Source: Octopus vulgaris (Eukaryota). Taken from it: 64,000 nt of DNA. The position numbers and the translations under genes were made by a program. The stretch covers positions 3,596,001-3,660,000 of the forward strand of contig OX597840.1 of NCBI GenBank assembly GCA_951406725.2, in the 5' to 3' direction. A model generated the notes under the pieces. That model was not told where the DNA came from, did not search any database, and saw nothing but the letters and a program-made list of their open reading frames with translations. This document shows, piece by piece, positions 14,600-29,892 of this stretch (its first letter is position 1; every line of letters starts with the position of its first letter).

Positions 14600-14797
14600 T
14601 GTTTTAGCCTTCAAATGACGCCACCACGCTGGCTAAGCGAGCAGGCCAATAGAGGAAATAGAGAAAGTCGTGGCGAAAGAGTACCGCAGGGATCGCCACC
14701 CCAACACCGGAGCCTCGTGGAGCTTTAGGTGTTTTCGCTCAATAAACACTCACAACGCCCGGTCCACTGCCGTAACCACTGGGCCATTGCATCTCCA
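14600..14797 (-). mobile_element. tRNA-derived SINE of another family, partial
   Basis: Minus strand starts ggagatgcaatggcccagtggtt, an A-box-like tRNA head. Confidence 0.6.
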
Positions 14798-14857
14798 CCA
14801 TATATATATGTATATGTATATGTATATATATATATGGCTATTGTCAATAAAATATAC

Positions 14858-15008
14858 TGGTAAGTAGCTTGTTTACCAACCACATGGTTCTGGGTTCAGT
14901 CCCACTGTCTGGCACCTTGGCCAAGTGTCTTCTGCTATCGCCTCGGGCCGACCAAAGCCTTGTGAGTGGATTTGGTAGACGGAAACTGAAAGAAGCCTGT
15001 CGTATATA

Positions 15009-15074
<66 letters not shown>

Positions 15075-15275
15075 TTTGTGTGTCTTTGTTTGTCCCCCCA
15101 GCATTGCTTAACAACCGATGCTGGTGTGTTTACGTCCCCGTTAATTAGCGGTTCGGCAAAAGATACCGATAGAATAAGTACTGGGCTTACAAAAGAATAA
15201 GTCACGGGGTCGAGTTGCTCGATTAAAGGCTGTGCTCCAGCATGGCCGCAGTCAAATGACTGAAACAAGTAAAAG
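14858..15275 (+). mobile_element. SINE family B with expanded internal (TA)n
   Basis: Matches the 18155 copy. Confidence 0.9.
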
Positions 15276-15498
15276 ATACACGATAAAAGATACGTCAATA
15301 AAAATGCACATTAAGTATAGGACATCACCAACGAGTGAGAAATACGTAAGCACACGAGAAATAAGTAAAGGACAAAATACCAAGGAAGATAACTCGCTTG
15401 TCAGTTGCCGACTGTGTTTTTTTATTTATTTATTTATAATCGAATGCCATGCAGCCTCGTGCATGGTAAGTTCTTACATTTATATATACATATACACG

Positions 15499-15531
<33 letters not shown>

Positions 15532-15640
15532 GGTTTTGTGTTGAGTTTGATCTGAGAACATAGACTTTTTGTGGAGAATGGCGATTTGACGTCTATATCT
15601 AGCATGTTGACTGTCCACTTTTCGTGTTCAGTCCTTAATT

Positions 15641-15684
<44 letters not shown>

Positions 15685-15739
15685 GTGTGTGTGTGTGTGT
15701 GTGTGTGTGGTGTGGGTGTATAGATAGATAGATAAATGC

Positions 15740-15811
<72 letters not shown>

Positions 15812-15832
15812 CTATCTATCTATACACCCACC

Positions 15833-15947
<115 letters not shown>

Positions 15948-16091
15948 GTATATATACACCAATAAGATTTTGTGAATATAAATTCGAGTGCATGTGTGTA
16001 TATTATGTGTATGTATATTTTCCCATATGTGTCAGTCAGTATGCACGTACATATCTAAATACGCATGTATATATATATATCAGAGTAAAGA

Positions 16092-16135
<44 letters not shown>

Positions 16136-16179
16136 GAAGGAGCTTCTACAGGACTAGAACTGTTTCATAACCCGGGACC

Positions 16180-16237
<58 letters not shown>

Positions 16238-16879
16238 ATACCTACTTGAGTGTGTGTGACCGTGTGGACACATGCATATGTATATATACATATATACATA
16301 CATACATACATATATGAATACATATATGTGCGTGTGTATATATGTATGCATGTATATATATATGGCATGTATAAAAGTATAATGTATGCATGTAGGGCAA
16401 TAAAATCCCACAAGAGTAGAACGGAGCACATATCAAAACGTCTAAGTGGAATATAACACTCTGAAGTGCTCACCTCGTAATTGTATGTAATTGTGAATTA
16501 CTCGGAGCTATGACATGTCTCTAAAGTGAAGAAATATACCGGAAAGAGGAATTCTGTGATCCTCCGTATAGAGAAAAAATGTCTCAAAATAATTCACACT
16601 AATGCCTATAGACTACACTTATACGCGCGCACATATGCTCACAGACAAGCACACACAGATGTATTCATATGTGTGTATATATATATATATATGTATATAT
16701 ATATGTGTGTGTGTGTGCATGTGTGTGTGTATGTATGCATGTATATGTATATATATATGCATATGTATATATATATACATATATATATATATATACATAT
16801 ATATGTACATGTATATGTATGTATATATATATGTGTGTGTATGTGTATATATATGTATATATATACATATATATATATA

Positions 16880-16923
<44 letters not shown>

Positions 16924-17000
16924 CTATAAATATATACTCATGTATTTACGTATATATTGATTGACAGGCAGATAGACAGACAGATAGATAGATAGATAGT

Positions 17001-17085
<85 letters not shown>

Positions 17086-17089
17086 TAAC

Positions 17090-17735
17090 AGCATAGTTGC
17101 TCGGAGGCAACGCGACACACGCGGTGCCATTCGCCCTTCCTTGGCCTCTTTTTGATCCACGACTGCAGTTCGGCTATGGAGACGAGCTGCGGGAAAGCGC
17201 GCCTCACAAACGGCGACTACACCTGTTCACCGTCTTCTACATAGAGCCAGAGATGTCGCAGTCGCAGCGCGTGTCTGTGCATCATGAACCACGGCATGTC
17301 CAGCCCTCCTTTTAACGAGTGTTCCAGGCAAACGGATCGCCTGACCATCAGAACGCATCCTTTCCACAAGAAGTGGAACAGGATGCGTTCTAGTTTGGTG
17401 ATGGTAGGTTTGGGAGTAGATGACGGAAGCAATGTACGTGTTAGTAGATGACGGTAGTAGATGACGGAAGCAATGTACGTGTTCGCCACCTCCACCCGAC
17501 AATTTTGGGACAGCTTCCTCTCAGCCCATTGCATGCATAGAGTGACTACCCTACCCGTTATCTTGTCCGTTTGGAGGTACGGACCAAACCAGACCCCGAG
17601 CAACTCGACCGGACCGTCGGTCCAGCGGCCCACGACGGAGGCGCTGGTGGACGGCATGGGCTTGCTTCTCCAGCTGCCGAGCCGCAAGCCCACCGACATT
17701 TCTCGGTTGATTTTCGCTCCTGTTGCTGTTTCGTA
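17090..17735 (-). mobile_element. Tx1/L1-clade LINE ORF2 fragment (end of RT and downstream)
   Basis: LLGVWFG..WAERKLS..RVEVANTYIASVIYYR..LERILFHFLWKG...VRRS...GGLDMP, typical of Tx1/L1 RT C-terminal regions; GC-rich island with a small internal duplication. Confidence 0.85.
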
Positions 17736-17910
17736 AGATAAGTTTCTTTATTGGCCACACAGGGCTGCACACAGATGGGACAAGTTACAAGGTAGAGCTT
17801 TTCTTTTGGGGGATGAAAAAAACAAAAAACAAAAGAAACAAAAAAAAAGGGGTGGGGTAGGTTTTCGATCAGGAGGGATCGTAAAAGGGAAGAAAAGAAA
17901 AAAAAAATAA
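17736..17910 (-). mobile_element. LINE-like 3' UTR fragment (probable 3' end of the Tx1-like family)
   Basis: Ends ...ctgtgtgcagccctgtgtggccAATAAAgaaac; four copies in the window. Confidence 0.7.
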
Positions 17911-18154
17911 TAAATAAATAAATAAATAAAATAAAAAAATAGATAAATAGATGGATAAAGTAATTAAATATCTACAGAGAATGTACGAGTGAGAGATTAG
18001 ATACATGCATGCATACATGTATACATCCATACATGTATACATCCATACATGTATACATATATACATATATACATCCATATACATATATACATCCATACAT
18101 GTATACATATATACATGTATACATACATGCATGCATGCATACATACATATATAT

Positions 18155-18325
18155 AGGCGCAGGAGTGGCTGCGTGGTAAGTAGCTTGCTAACCAACCACA
18201 TGGTTCCGGGTTCAGTCCACTGCGTGGCATCTTGGGCAAGTGTCTTCTGCTATAGCCCCGGGCCGACCAATGCCTTGTGAGTGGATTTGGTAGACGGAAA
18301 CTGAAAGAAGCCTGTCGTATATATG

Positions 18326-18358
<33 letters not shown>

Positions 18359-18575
18359 TTGTGTGTCTGTGTTTGTCCCCCTAGCATTGCTTGACAACCG
18401 ATGCCGGTGTGTGTTTACGTCCCCGTCACTTAGCGGTTCGGCAAAAGAGACCGATAGAATAAGTACTGGGCTTACAAAGAATAAGTCTCGGGGTCGATTT
18501 GCTCGACTAAATGCGGTGCTCCAGCATGGCCGCAGTCAAATGACTGAAACAAGTAAAAGAGTAAAAGAGTAAAGA
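18155..18575 (+). mobile_element. SINE family B, full length
   Basis: ggcgcaggagtggctgcgtggtaag (A box), gggttcagtcc (B box), CORE-like cttgggcaagtgtctt, tail (gtaaaaga)n. Confidence 0.93.
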
Positions 18576-19159
18576 GTATATACATATATACATATATACA
18601 TATATACATATATATATCCATACATGTATACATATATACAGGTATACATACGTATATACATACATGCATGCATACATACGTACATACATGCATACATACA
18701 TACAATACATATATAAACGCACATGCATATATAGACGCGCACATGTGATGCGCTGATAATAACTACGAAAAAATCTATGATGGAGATGCATAAGAAAACA
18801 TGACAGAGTTTCTTATTGATTCAATGCTTAAATATTTCTTAAAGAACATTATTCGTATCCAAATATATATACAGAGAGAGAGAAGCGCTTGTGTGTATGT
18901 GAGCGCACACATGTGTGTGCATATAACAGGTCGGATGTGTGTGTGTGTTTGTGTATGTATAAATATATACATAACCATTAACTAATGTACGATTATTGTT
19001 ACAATTTGACGCAATATATCATGTACGTAGTCATTCGCTTTGTGTAACGTATGTACAATATCTGTTTACAATGAGCGTCGATAACGCCATTTTGTTTGTA
19101 TAAAAATTTGCGTATATTGAGTGATATAAATATAATTATTACATTCTAAAGGAATATAC

Positions 19160-19228
<69 letters not shown>

Positions 19229-19509
19229 GATGTATAAATATACATATGTGTATATATTTGTGTATGTGCTTAAATTGGTGACTATCTACATGTATACATA
19301 GAAGTATATAAACATATATATATGTACATATATACATGCGTTTGCATCTGTGTGTGTGTTTCTAAAAACTTGCATAAATATAGGCATGTGTGTATACATG
19401 TGTGCATGTATGCTTGTATGATGGAAGGTACGAATTATAAATTTGTAGAAAATGTATGAACATTACTAAATAAATTTACATAAGTCTCATAAACATGAGC
19501 ACGCATACA

Positions 19510-19556
<47 letters not shown>

Positions 19557-19655
19557 ACATATATATGTGTGTCTTTGTTACAAATATAAATGTTTATCTA
19601 TATACATATGCACAAATAGACAATTGTTATACCTATATGTGTGTGTATATACATG

Positions 19656-19694
<39 letters not shown>

Positions 19695-20194
19695 TTATAT
19701 TATATTATATTATATTATATTATATATATATTTATTTTATTATATTATATTATATTATATTATATATATATAATATTATATTATATATTTATATATACAT
19801 ACATACATACATACATATATATACATATATATATATTGTTTCAATGTAAATATATTTGTGTATTCATATATTTATAGCGCAGTGTTTTTGTTGATAAAAT
19901 GTTATGATCTGTACGCCAAATACGTCAAGTTAATTATCTGTAATTATGAACAAATTACTTTATAATTTCCCAGTGCAAATAGTAATATTTTGTAAAAGAA
20001 AAAAAACTATTTGCCTATCGTTGCCTCACAACATAGGTTTACTTACATATTCTCACACACATAGACAAATACGAGCGATCATGTATGTAGGAAGTGAAGG
20101 GATAAAAACATATACACGTGCAGAAGCATCGTTTCTTCCGTGTATAGATATATAAGCATAAGAGTATATGTATGTATACACACATACACACACA

Positions 20195-20245
<51 letters not shown>

Positions 20246-20271
20246 GTGTGTGTGTGTGTGTATGTATATAG

Positions 20272-20332
<61 letters not shown>

Positions 20333-20455
20333 TTAATCTATATATAAGTATGCTACATAATTTTGTGTGTATATACATGTTGTCTTATGTATATAATGCA
20401 CATGTATATATGTATATATATATATATGCATATCTATATATACACTTATATATGC

Positions 20456-20487
<32 letters not shown>

Positions 20488-20717
20488 CTTATATATACAT
20501 ATACTTATACACACATTGATTGATGTAGGAGAGTAATAAAAATAAGAGACGAAGAGAAGCAGGAGGAGAGGGAGAGCCTTAATTAAAAATCTTCCCTTTT
20601 TCTGTGTAATTTTCATGTTCTCATTATTTCGAATTTGTTTCGGTTCTATATCGAATAAATATGCACTGACGTCACTTCCATTATTCATCATTTGAAAGAA
20701 ATACAATATATATACAT

Positions 20718-20880
20718 ATAAGTTTCTTTATTGGCCACACAGGGCTGCACACAGATGGGACAAGTTACAAGGTAGAGCTTTTCTTTTGGGGGATGAAAAA
20801 AACAAAAAACAAAAGAAACAAAAAAAAGGGGGTGACGTAGGTTTTCGATCAAGAGGGATCGTAAAAGGGAAGAAAAGAAC
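20718..20880 (-). mobile_element. LINE-like 3' UTR fragment (copy of 17736)
   Basis: Near-identical to 17736-17910, followed by (GATA)n at 20973-21100. Confidence 0.8.
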
Positions 20881-20971
20881 AAAAAAAATTTTAATAATAA
20901 GTAAAATAAAAAGAAAAAAAAAGAAAAAAAAAGAAAAGGAACAAAAGAAAAGAGAAATGAAAAAAGAAGAA

Positions 20972-21095
<124 letters not shown>

Positions 21096-21491
21096 ATAGA
21101 TATGTGTGTAGGGAATGTGTATGTTTCTGCCTGAGGATTGACAGGTAAATAGATCAATACATAGATAGATATAGTTATGCTTTGTCTATCTGGTATGTAA
21201 TACTTAACAGCATTGATAATAAGGCCTTCCTGATGCTGTTATTCCGATTTGCATAAATGACGTATTCTCTTGTGGTAACCAGATTCATATATTACAGACG
21301 CGAATACATTATATTAATATGTTGATATGTTAGCCCTTATTCACTCAGCTAACTGAATATGATTTCAATTCCAGAGCCATAACGACTGTCATATATGTGT
21401 GAGTGCAAATATATATGTATATATATATATATACAATCATATATACAATCAGATATACAGATATATATATATATAAATATGTATATGTATG

Positions 21492-21561
<70 letters not shown>

Positions 21562-21686
21562 GGCATTACTATACATAAATGACTCACGCTAGCAGGGACT
21601 CTTAAGGTCAAAACTACCACAATAAACACATTGTACTATTTTTAAATTATATATATCTATGTATATCTATATATATAAATATATAC

Positions 21687-21732
<46 letters not shown>

Positions 21733-22045
21733 TTTGTGTATCAATAATATGGTATAAACTGTTCCCTTAAATGATGGTTCCACATTCAAATGCATTATAG
21801 TCGCCTACTGCAGAGTAGACACAACGATGAAAAGTGCGTAGGGAATAATTAATAATTAGTATAAACAACATCTTATGATGATTGTGTTTGTCGGTATCAG
21901 CTCTGTATGTCACAGTCGACAACAGCATTGTTTACGAAAGTAGCTGCACCTCTTTATTGTGAGCAAACACGATTATGAAACTCTAAATGCATATTCAAAT
22001 TCGCCAATAACAGACGTGCATCCAACTGTACAGCCAGAAATTACA

Positions 22046-22140
<95 letters not shown>

Positions 22141-22320
22141 CATACATACATACATACATACATACATACATACATACATACATCCATACATACATACATA
22201 CATGCATTCATATAAGCATGCATACAAACATACATACGTACGTACATACATAGACAAACAGACAGCTAGAGAGAGGGGATAGATAGAGGTACATACAAAC
22301 ATGAACATGTATATGCTTAC

Positions 22321-22503
<183 letters not shown>

Positions 22504-22693
22504 GTATGCATGCTTGCACGTATTATGTATGCATCTATGTATAGAAAACCCATTTACATATATTTATATAAGTCTATATTAACCCGATTTTCCCCCTTAG
22601 CAATATCAACATCATCCATTTGTATTTAGGTTTTTGGGTGGGTGTGTACAGCTATAACTTCATACATACATACATACATACATACACGCATGC

Positions 22694-22769
<76 letters not shown>

Positions 22770-23875
22770 TTATATTCGTGTATATGATTATATATGTATA
22801 TACGTGTATATATAGGGAGATATAGATATAGATGTAAATACAATTTTGTATATATACACACATATATCAATTTTGTGCAAAACATATTTAGGTTTTAATA
22901 TTTGGCTTGTGTACAGAGGAATGTGTGTGTGTGTGTGTGGTGTGCTTTTAGTATCTTGTGGACGTATCTAATAATTGAAAACATTGTCACAAATGACTTC
23001 TTGAGTAAGATTACACATGTATATATATATATATATATGTATATGTATGTATGTATATATGTATTTATGTATATAACTTCGTGTGTGTACGTGTATATGT
23101 ATGTGTATCTATGTGTACAGATATAGGTATATAGATATATGGTAAGTGTTAGATACAGAAGCGTCTGTATAACCATAAGTACATACATACATATAGATGA
23201 TTACAAACACATTCTTCCATACACAGAAACACAACTCACACACACATACACATACACTCAATTTTACATACATATGTATATATATATAGACGCATACATT
23301 CATACACACATAAATACTCACAGATATCATATTTGGATCAGTTTTATCCGTAAGGAAAATAGGTAGCAAAAAAAGCATGTTTTTTAAAGCTACATATTGT
23401 TTCAACTATGCTGTAGGTTAGAAATGTAATAATTTGGTGTAAATTAATATGCTTTATACAATTAGTGTCAGACAAAAATAGATGTGCTGTCAATGGACAT
23501 GTAAAGTATGTTACGGGTGGGTATGAGCTTGTAATGTATGTTAATGCTTTTAGTGGCGAAGAAAAACAGGAGCTCCCACAGAAAATGAATGAAGAGGCAT
23601 AGCTCTATTTGTCTTGTTACTGTTTCATATTCTTATTTGTTTTATTTCGTTTATTTTTGAGTATTTCTGTTTACGTTTTGGTTTCCATTACAGGCAGGCA
23701 CTTACATACACGGCAAATATGTGTGTTCCTACATCATACACACACACACAAACACGTACACACGGACACATGTATGCACACACATACATACATATATATA
23801 TATATAAATGCATGTTCACCCATTACTAATATATAAATACAGGTGTGCATGTATGAGTATGCAAATGTGTGTGTA

Positions 23876-23907
<32 letters not shown>

Positions 23908-24103
23908 CATATATATATAAATGTATATGTATATGTGTGTGCATGTGTGTGTGAATGTGTGTATACTTAAATCCCAGTTGTTATTATTTCATGAATTACA
24001 CAGTTTCACATTATATATTATCACACACGAGAAATATTTTTATATACTTATGGAGATTTTATCTGTTACACACATACAAACACACACTCACAAACAAAGA
24101 TAT

Positions 24104-24148
<45 letters not shown>

Positions 24149-24220
24149 CGTGTGTGTGTGTACATATATATAAATACACATATATATGCATGAATACATA
24201 CTGATATACATGGATGGATG

Positions 24221-24294
<74 letters not shown>

Positions 24295-25087
24295 GCTAAA
24301 TACATGTAGCTAGACACATGCAATAGATTGTGTGATTCGTACATACATACACATATCTTGATTCCATATTTCAAAACAAAATATGCACACACAACACAGA
24401 CATACATACATAGACACACACATATATAATTGTATATTTTTATACATATATTTATAAGTATATATATATATACATATATGTGTCTCGGTGTGTATGCATA
24501 TATTATATATATAGTAACATATACGTGTGTGTATCTATTGGAACAATACTAACATTGGCTCCCTTCTAAAATAGTACCAAATCTTAAAAATAGATCGTAT
24601 CCGAAAAAACATATATAAGTACATTATGCATTTTCAGAATTTGTTTACCGTAATAATATCTCCAGTCCACAGGTAGCTCTTGTGTATGGAAGAAAGAAAA
24701 TAATTGCAGTTTGTAAACTGAGGAACGACACATCTAAAAGCAGTGACAACCGTCACACACATTCTTTTTCGTACAGAGCTAGTATCATTTCCAGATTTCA
24801 GGTCCCTGTGCGTTTGGAATAACAAGGTTTGTGCCGTTACTAAAATCCTCTGTAATCTGCAAACCTGCATTCGAGTGAAGCAGAGATACACGCTACGTCT
24901 AAAAAGATGAGAATACTTTTAATTTGCGCTGTGATATGTTCACTATCATAAATGAGCTTTTGTCCGCCTGTAGGCACAGGAAGAGATTGCTCGTGGACCA
25001 TTTCAGCTCTACACCAGATAAACTTTCCCCACCAGAACGCATAACACATAACTGTGTAAAGAATCCAGGTAACACTACAGAATAATA

Positions 25088-25320
25088 CCTATTTCTTTAT
25101 TACCCACAAGGGGCTAAACACAGAGGGGACAAACAAGGACAGACATAGGTATTAAATCGATTACATCGACCCCAGTTCGTAACTGGTACTTAATTTATCG
25201 ACCCCGAAAGGATAAAAGGCAAAGTCGACCTCGGCGGAATTTGAACTCACAACGTAACGCAGACGAAATACCGCTAAGCATTTCGCCCGGCGTGCTAACG
25301 TTTCTGCCAGCTCGCCGCCT
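25088..25320 (-). mobile_element. SINE family A, tail i
   Basis: Reverse complement of the 7728 copy. Confidence 0.92.
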
Positions 25321-25669
25321 TTTTCATACAGAATAATACCGACGCAGTACCTCACAACTGAATCGTTCATAGTAGTACCATTTTGTGCAAGTGGAAGACA
25401 GACTAGCCATCTCTGTAGAAATCCTACTCTCACGTTCCAGCACTCCATCTTTCTCCTGTTGAGGGCGTTCTATTACATGACAAATTTTGACCAATAAGTT
25501 TACATTCTTTCGCTTGTTTCAGTCCTTTGACTGTTGCCATGCTGGAGATCGAATATTTTGAGATAGTACGTGCCTTCGTTCTGCGAATCATTCACATGGC
25601 CTCTCCATTCCTCGTTTTCCCGCTACGTTTCTTTTTGTGTTAATAATGCTTTCTACTGAAAGCAAAAAG

Positions 25670-25857
25670 GCCTGAACTGTGGGGGCTGGGGACTAGTCGA
25701 TAACATAACATCAATCACAGAGTTTCACTGGTACTTAATTAATCGACCCCGAAAGGATGAAAGGTAAAGTCAAATTCGGCGGCACTTGAACGTGAAGACA
25801 GCCGAAATACAGATAAGCATTTCGCCCGGCATGCTAAAGATTCTTTCAGCACGCCGC
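25670..25857 (-). mobile_element. SINE family A, tail ii, diverged
   Basis: gaccccgaaaggatgaaagg core and cgaaatac..gcatttcgcccggc head in reverse. Confidence 0.8.
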
Positions 25858-26047
25858 TGTGTTTTGTGTTAATAATAATAACAATGCGTACAGAACAAAG
25901 GGTTCACGCATTATTCACACAGACGTAGAGAGAGAGAGAGAGAGCGATATATGCCCAAAGAAAATAAGGGATGGGGAATCATACACACAGATACACATAC
26001 ATACATACATAATCATATATGAAATCGTTTCCCTATTGTATTTCGAT

Positions 26048-26125
<78 letters not shown>

Positions 26126-26669
26126 GTATATATGTATATATGTATATATGTATATATGTATATATATATACATGTATATATATAGATATAAAAGATATAC
26201 GCATATATATTATATATGTAGAATAGAAATACGTATAGACATAAATATATTATATCTATTTCATGTAACACGTGACATATATGTTGGTGTAGGTATATAT
26301 GTGTGTATGTTTGTGTATGTGTTTGTGTTTGTATACATATTACACACATATACTTCTGAATATTATATCTGTACGATTTAGATATAATATCTATACATAT
26401 ATATATACATATATATTATTTATATATAGCGCATATATACATGTATATATATATAAGTATATATGTGTGTAGATATATACATATAGATATAGATATAGAT
26501 ATATATATACATATATATATATATGTGTATATATATATATATATGTGTATATATATGTAGATATATATATGTATATATATATATATGTATGTATATATAT
26601 ATATATATGTATATCTATATGTATATATATATATGTGTATGTATATATATATATGTATATATATATATG

Positions 26670-26718
<49 letters not shown>

Positions 26719-27009
26719 GTATCAAGCAAGCCAACGATTTGTTCAATGAGACAAAATATATTTGCCAGTCCACAATATTCTTCGCGCCTCATTGACGAGT
26801 GCACGCTTGCACAAAATCTAAAATCTCACGGTCCAAAGGGAAATGTATACGTTTATATCAATATTTTCTTTAGCAATGTTTGCCCGCAGATATGGTAGTT
26901 GGATTTTTCTAAACCATATAAACAAGCAGTTCCCCATGGACCATAGATATCATAAGATATTCAATAAAAAAAAAACGGAAGGAAATTGACGTTATTTTTA
27001 TCTCTTGTC

Positions 27010-27310
27010 TTTTGTGCTTTATTTTTTTCCAACTATTCAACTTCGGCCATACTGGAGCACTACCTTGAATGGCTTTAGTCGAACAAATCGACTGCAGTTC
27101 TTACTTTTTAAGTGTAGAAACTATTCTATTGGTATCTTTTGCCGAAACACTAACCTACGAGGACATAAACGAACTAACATTGGGAAACAAACAAAGAAAT
27201 ATCGACACACATATATGTGTGTATGGTAGGATTCTACACAGTTTCCGCTTGCAAAATTCACTCAAAAGGCATTGATCTTCCCAGGGTTCTGGCAGAAGAC
27301 ACTTACCCAA
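27010..27310 (-). mobile_element. Old SINE family B copy
   Basis: Diverged motifs ctggagcac, ttttgccgaa, gaagacacttacccaagg. Confidence 0.7.
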
Positions 27311-27547
27311 GGCTTCGTTCTGAAAAGCGATACCCTTAACCTCGCATTTATGCCTGCGCGCATAGTTGCAATAAAAATTTGGCTACTTTGTGTGTATATA
27401 TATACTTTGTGTGTATGCACGTATATATATATATATTATATATATATATATTATATATATATATAAATATATTATATATAGTATATTATATATATATTAT
27501 ATATATATACTATATATTATATATTATATAAATATATATGTTATATT

Positions 27548-27579
<32 letters not shown>

Positions 27580-27648
27580 GTATATATATATATACGTATA
27601 TATACATATATATATATATATGTATGCATATATATATATATGTATGTA

Positions 27649-27712
<64 letters not shown>

Positions 27713-28264
27713 TTCATACATACACCTTAATTGATAATATAGAATATATATCCATATGTAGAATGTATATCGCCTTCCCTCTACCAACAGAAATAGAAAT
27801 GTGGTTGTGCAAGTGTGTATGAGTGTTTATGTAATTGTGTGTGTTTGTGTGTGTGTATGTGTGTGTGCATGCTTGTGCCAGAGTGTGGCGTCCGTATTTG
27901 TCCGTATTTGTCCGTATGTACGTCCGTATTTGTCGGTTTGCTGGACACTCCATCGATCCAGCTTACGAACGTGTCAACTGCAGAACTGTTGATCTTTCGA
28001 TCGTTTCACTCTAAACGTTTCATGGCCAGAAAATGAAGCTATGATCTTGATTGCACAATAAAAAATGGCGGCACCCAAATATGCGATTGTCTTATGTTGT
28101 GCCTATTTAACCCCAGGTCAATCGCGATCAAACCCAGATCTGTGATCAAAGGGGTTCCAGACTTGATCAATGCATGTTTTTGCTCACTTTCTCTTAAATT
28201 TTTTTAGTTTTGCTTTTAATCTTTTGTTGTTGTCGTTTAAATGTGGTGTATTTATTGAACGTAT

Positions 28265-28520
28265 GGAGGCGCGTGGCTTAGTGGTTAGTGTGTCAGCATC
28301 ATGATCGTAAGATAGTGGTTTCGTCTCCTGGACCGGGCAACGCGTTGTTTTCTTGAACAAGACACTTCATTTCACGTTGCTCCAGTTCACTCAGCTGGCA
28401 AAAATGAGTAACGCTGCGATGGACTGGCGCCCCGTCCAGCTGGGGAAAACATACACCATAGAAACCGGGAAACCGGGCCCATGAGCCTGGCTAGGCTTTA
28501 AAAGGGCGCATTTATTTTAT
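28265..28520 (+). mobile_element. tRNA-derived SINE family C
   Basis: ggaggcgcgtggcttagtggttag (A box), ggtttcgtctcc (B-box-like), central ttcacgttgctccagttcactcagctg, gcgatggactggcg..gtccag block. Partial relatives at 28855-28950 and 41820-41880. Confidence 0.85.
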
Positions 28521-29431
28521 TTTATGTATGTTTGCACGCCTACCATTTTTTTTTGTCATATTAAATTCTGATATGATGTTATATACACCATCAGAAAGGT
28601 TATCGTCATTAAAGATCCCTTAACTGATGCAGCCAGTTGTTGGGGGAGCTACTCGAGACGCCTTTCGTTGCCGGCCGTCGCCGCTGGTTCTTTTCTAGCC
28701 GGTTCGCTGTATTGTGACGTTGTCATTGTTGGGGTTTTTCTGTCTCTCTGTCGCCCTCCCTCATCTGTGCCCTGAAGAATGGTTTTGGACAGGGAATTGC
28801 GACGGGATACATGGCCGTACCAGGCGAGGTATTTCTAGAAAATGTCATCAAGTAGAGGCATGTCGCTCAGTTGTTAGGGTGTTGGATTCACGGCCGTAAA
28901 ATTGTGGTTTCGATTCCTGGATCGGGCGACGCGTTGTGTTCTCGAGCCATGCTTTCGCAAATTAGTTCAGCTGCATATGTAATCTCCAGGAGCGGTAAGC
29001 GCCCGCTGGACTCTGTCGGCCTTCGCACCCATGCTCTAGTTGAACATTCAGGACGTAACGGGTGGAAGGAAAGAGGGTAATACCAGTGAAACAGTCGGTA
29101 CCCGTTACAGCTGAGCAGATTGGTCCAGCGTGACATAATGAAATGAAGTGCTTTGCAAAGGAGACATCGAGCTGTCCGTTTCATGAATTGAACCCACGAA
29201 CTTATGGTTATCAACCAAGCAACCTAACTTCTTGACCATAACGCCACGCACCTTTACACTTTGTGTAACGACATCTTTATTGTACACCTCGTGTGTAATT
29301 ATATATCCATGTTCACTTTCAGAAAAACACAGACAGTATCTTGTAAAACATTATTTCCTGAACCATAGAGGCATGTGTGTGTGTGTATGTGGATGTGTGT
29401 ATATACAGACATGTGTGTGCGCCTGTGTATG

Positions 29432-29468
<37 letters not shown>

Positions 29469-29730
29469 TCACACACATACACGAATACGTGTTTCTTTAT
29501 ATGTATGCGTGTATAACCATATATAGATAGATAAATTGATAGATAGATAGATACATACATACATAATATAATAAAGATGGCTTGGCGCAATATAAAACCA
29601 AAATGGATAATTTCAACTGTCACTAATAGTGACTGAGGGTGCAGGGTAACACCTACATTGCTAGAAATAGGAGTCGAAGACCATACTAAGCCCAAACATA
29701 GCACTAGTCCATATACTGACACGGGGTGTA

Positions 29731-29892
29731 CAAGGGGGTGCTGAAAAGTTACTCGCTTTAAGGGAATCGCGAAAGGCTTGCATTGAGACCCAAATTTTCG
29801 AATTCTTTTATAGGGATTAGAAAAACTGAAAGACCGCTGATCATCGTATATTTTCTTTTACCCAAAGCCAGGGACTTTTCACCAACCCCTTG
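29731..29892. mobile_element. Mariner-type MITE (162 bp)
   Basis: TIRs CAAGGGGGTGCTGAAAAGTT / GACTTTTCACCAACCCCTTG with TA on both sides. Confidence 0.82.

Noticed and set aside
16457-16528. CTGAAGT-GCTC...GAGC-TATGACATGTC hammerhead-like arrangement
   Set aside because: A9 and the GAAA box are both missing and stem I is weak.
18155-18235. tRNA-like A/B boxes (also at 28265 and other SINE heads)
   Set aside because: No complete cloverleaf and continuous with SINE bodies, so not tRNA genes.
24634-25049. Unique region with minus-strand ORFs; LIYDSEHIT resembles a pogo DDE motif
   Set aside because: Single short motif with no supporting downstream QPLD motif or TIRs; cannot be called an exon or a transposase.
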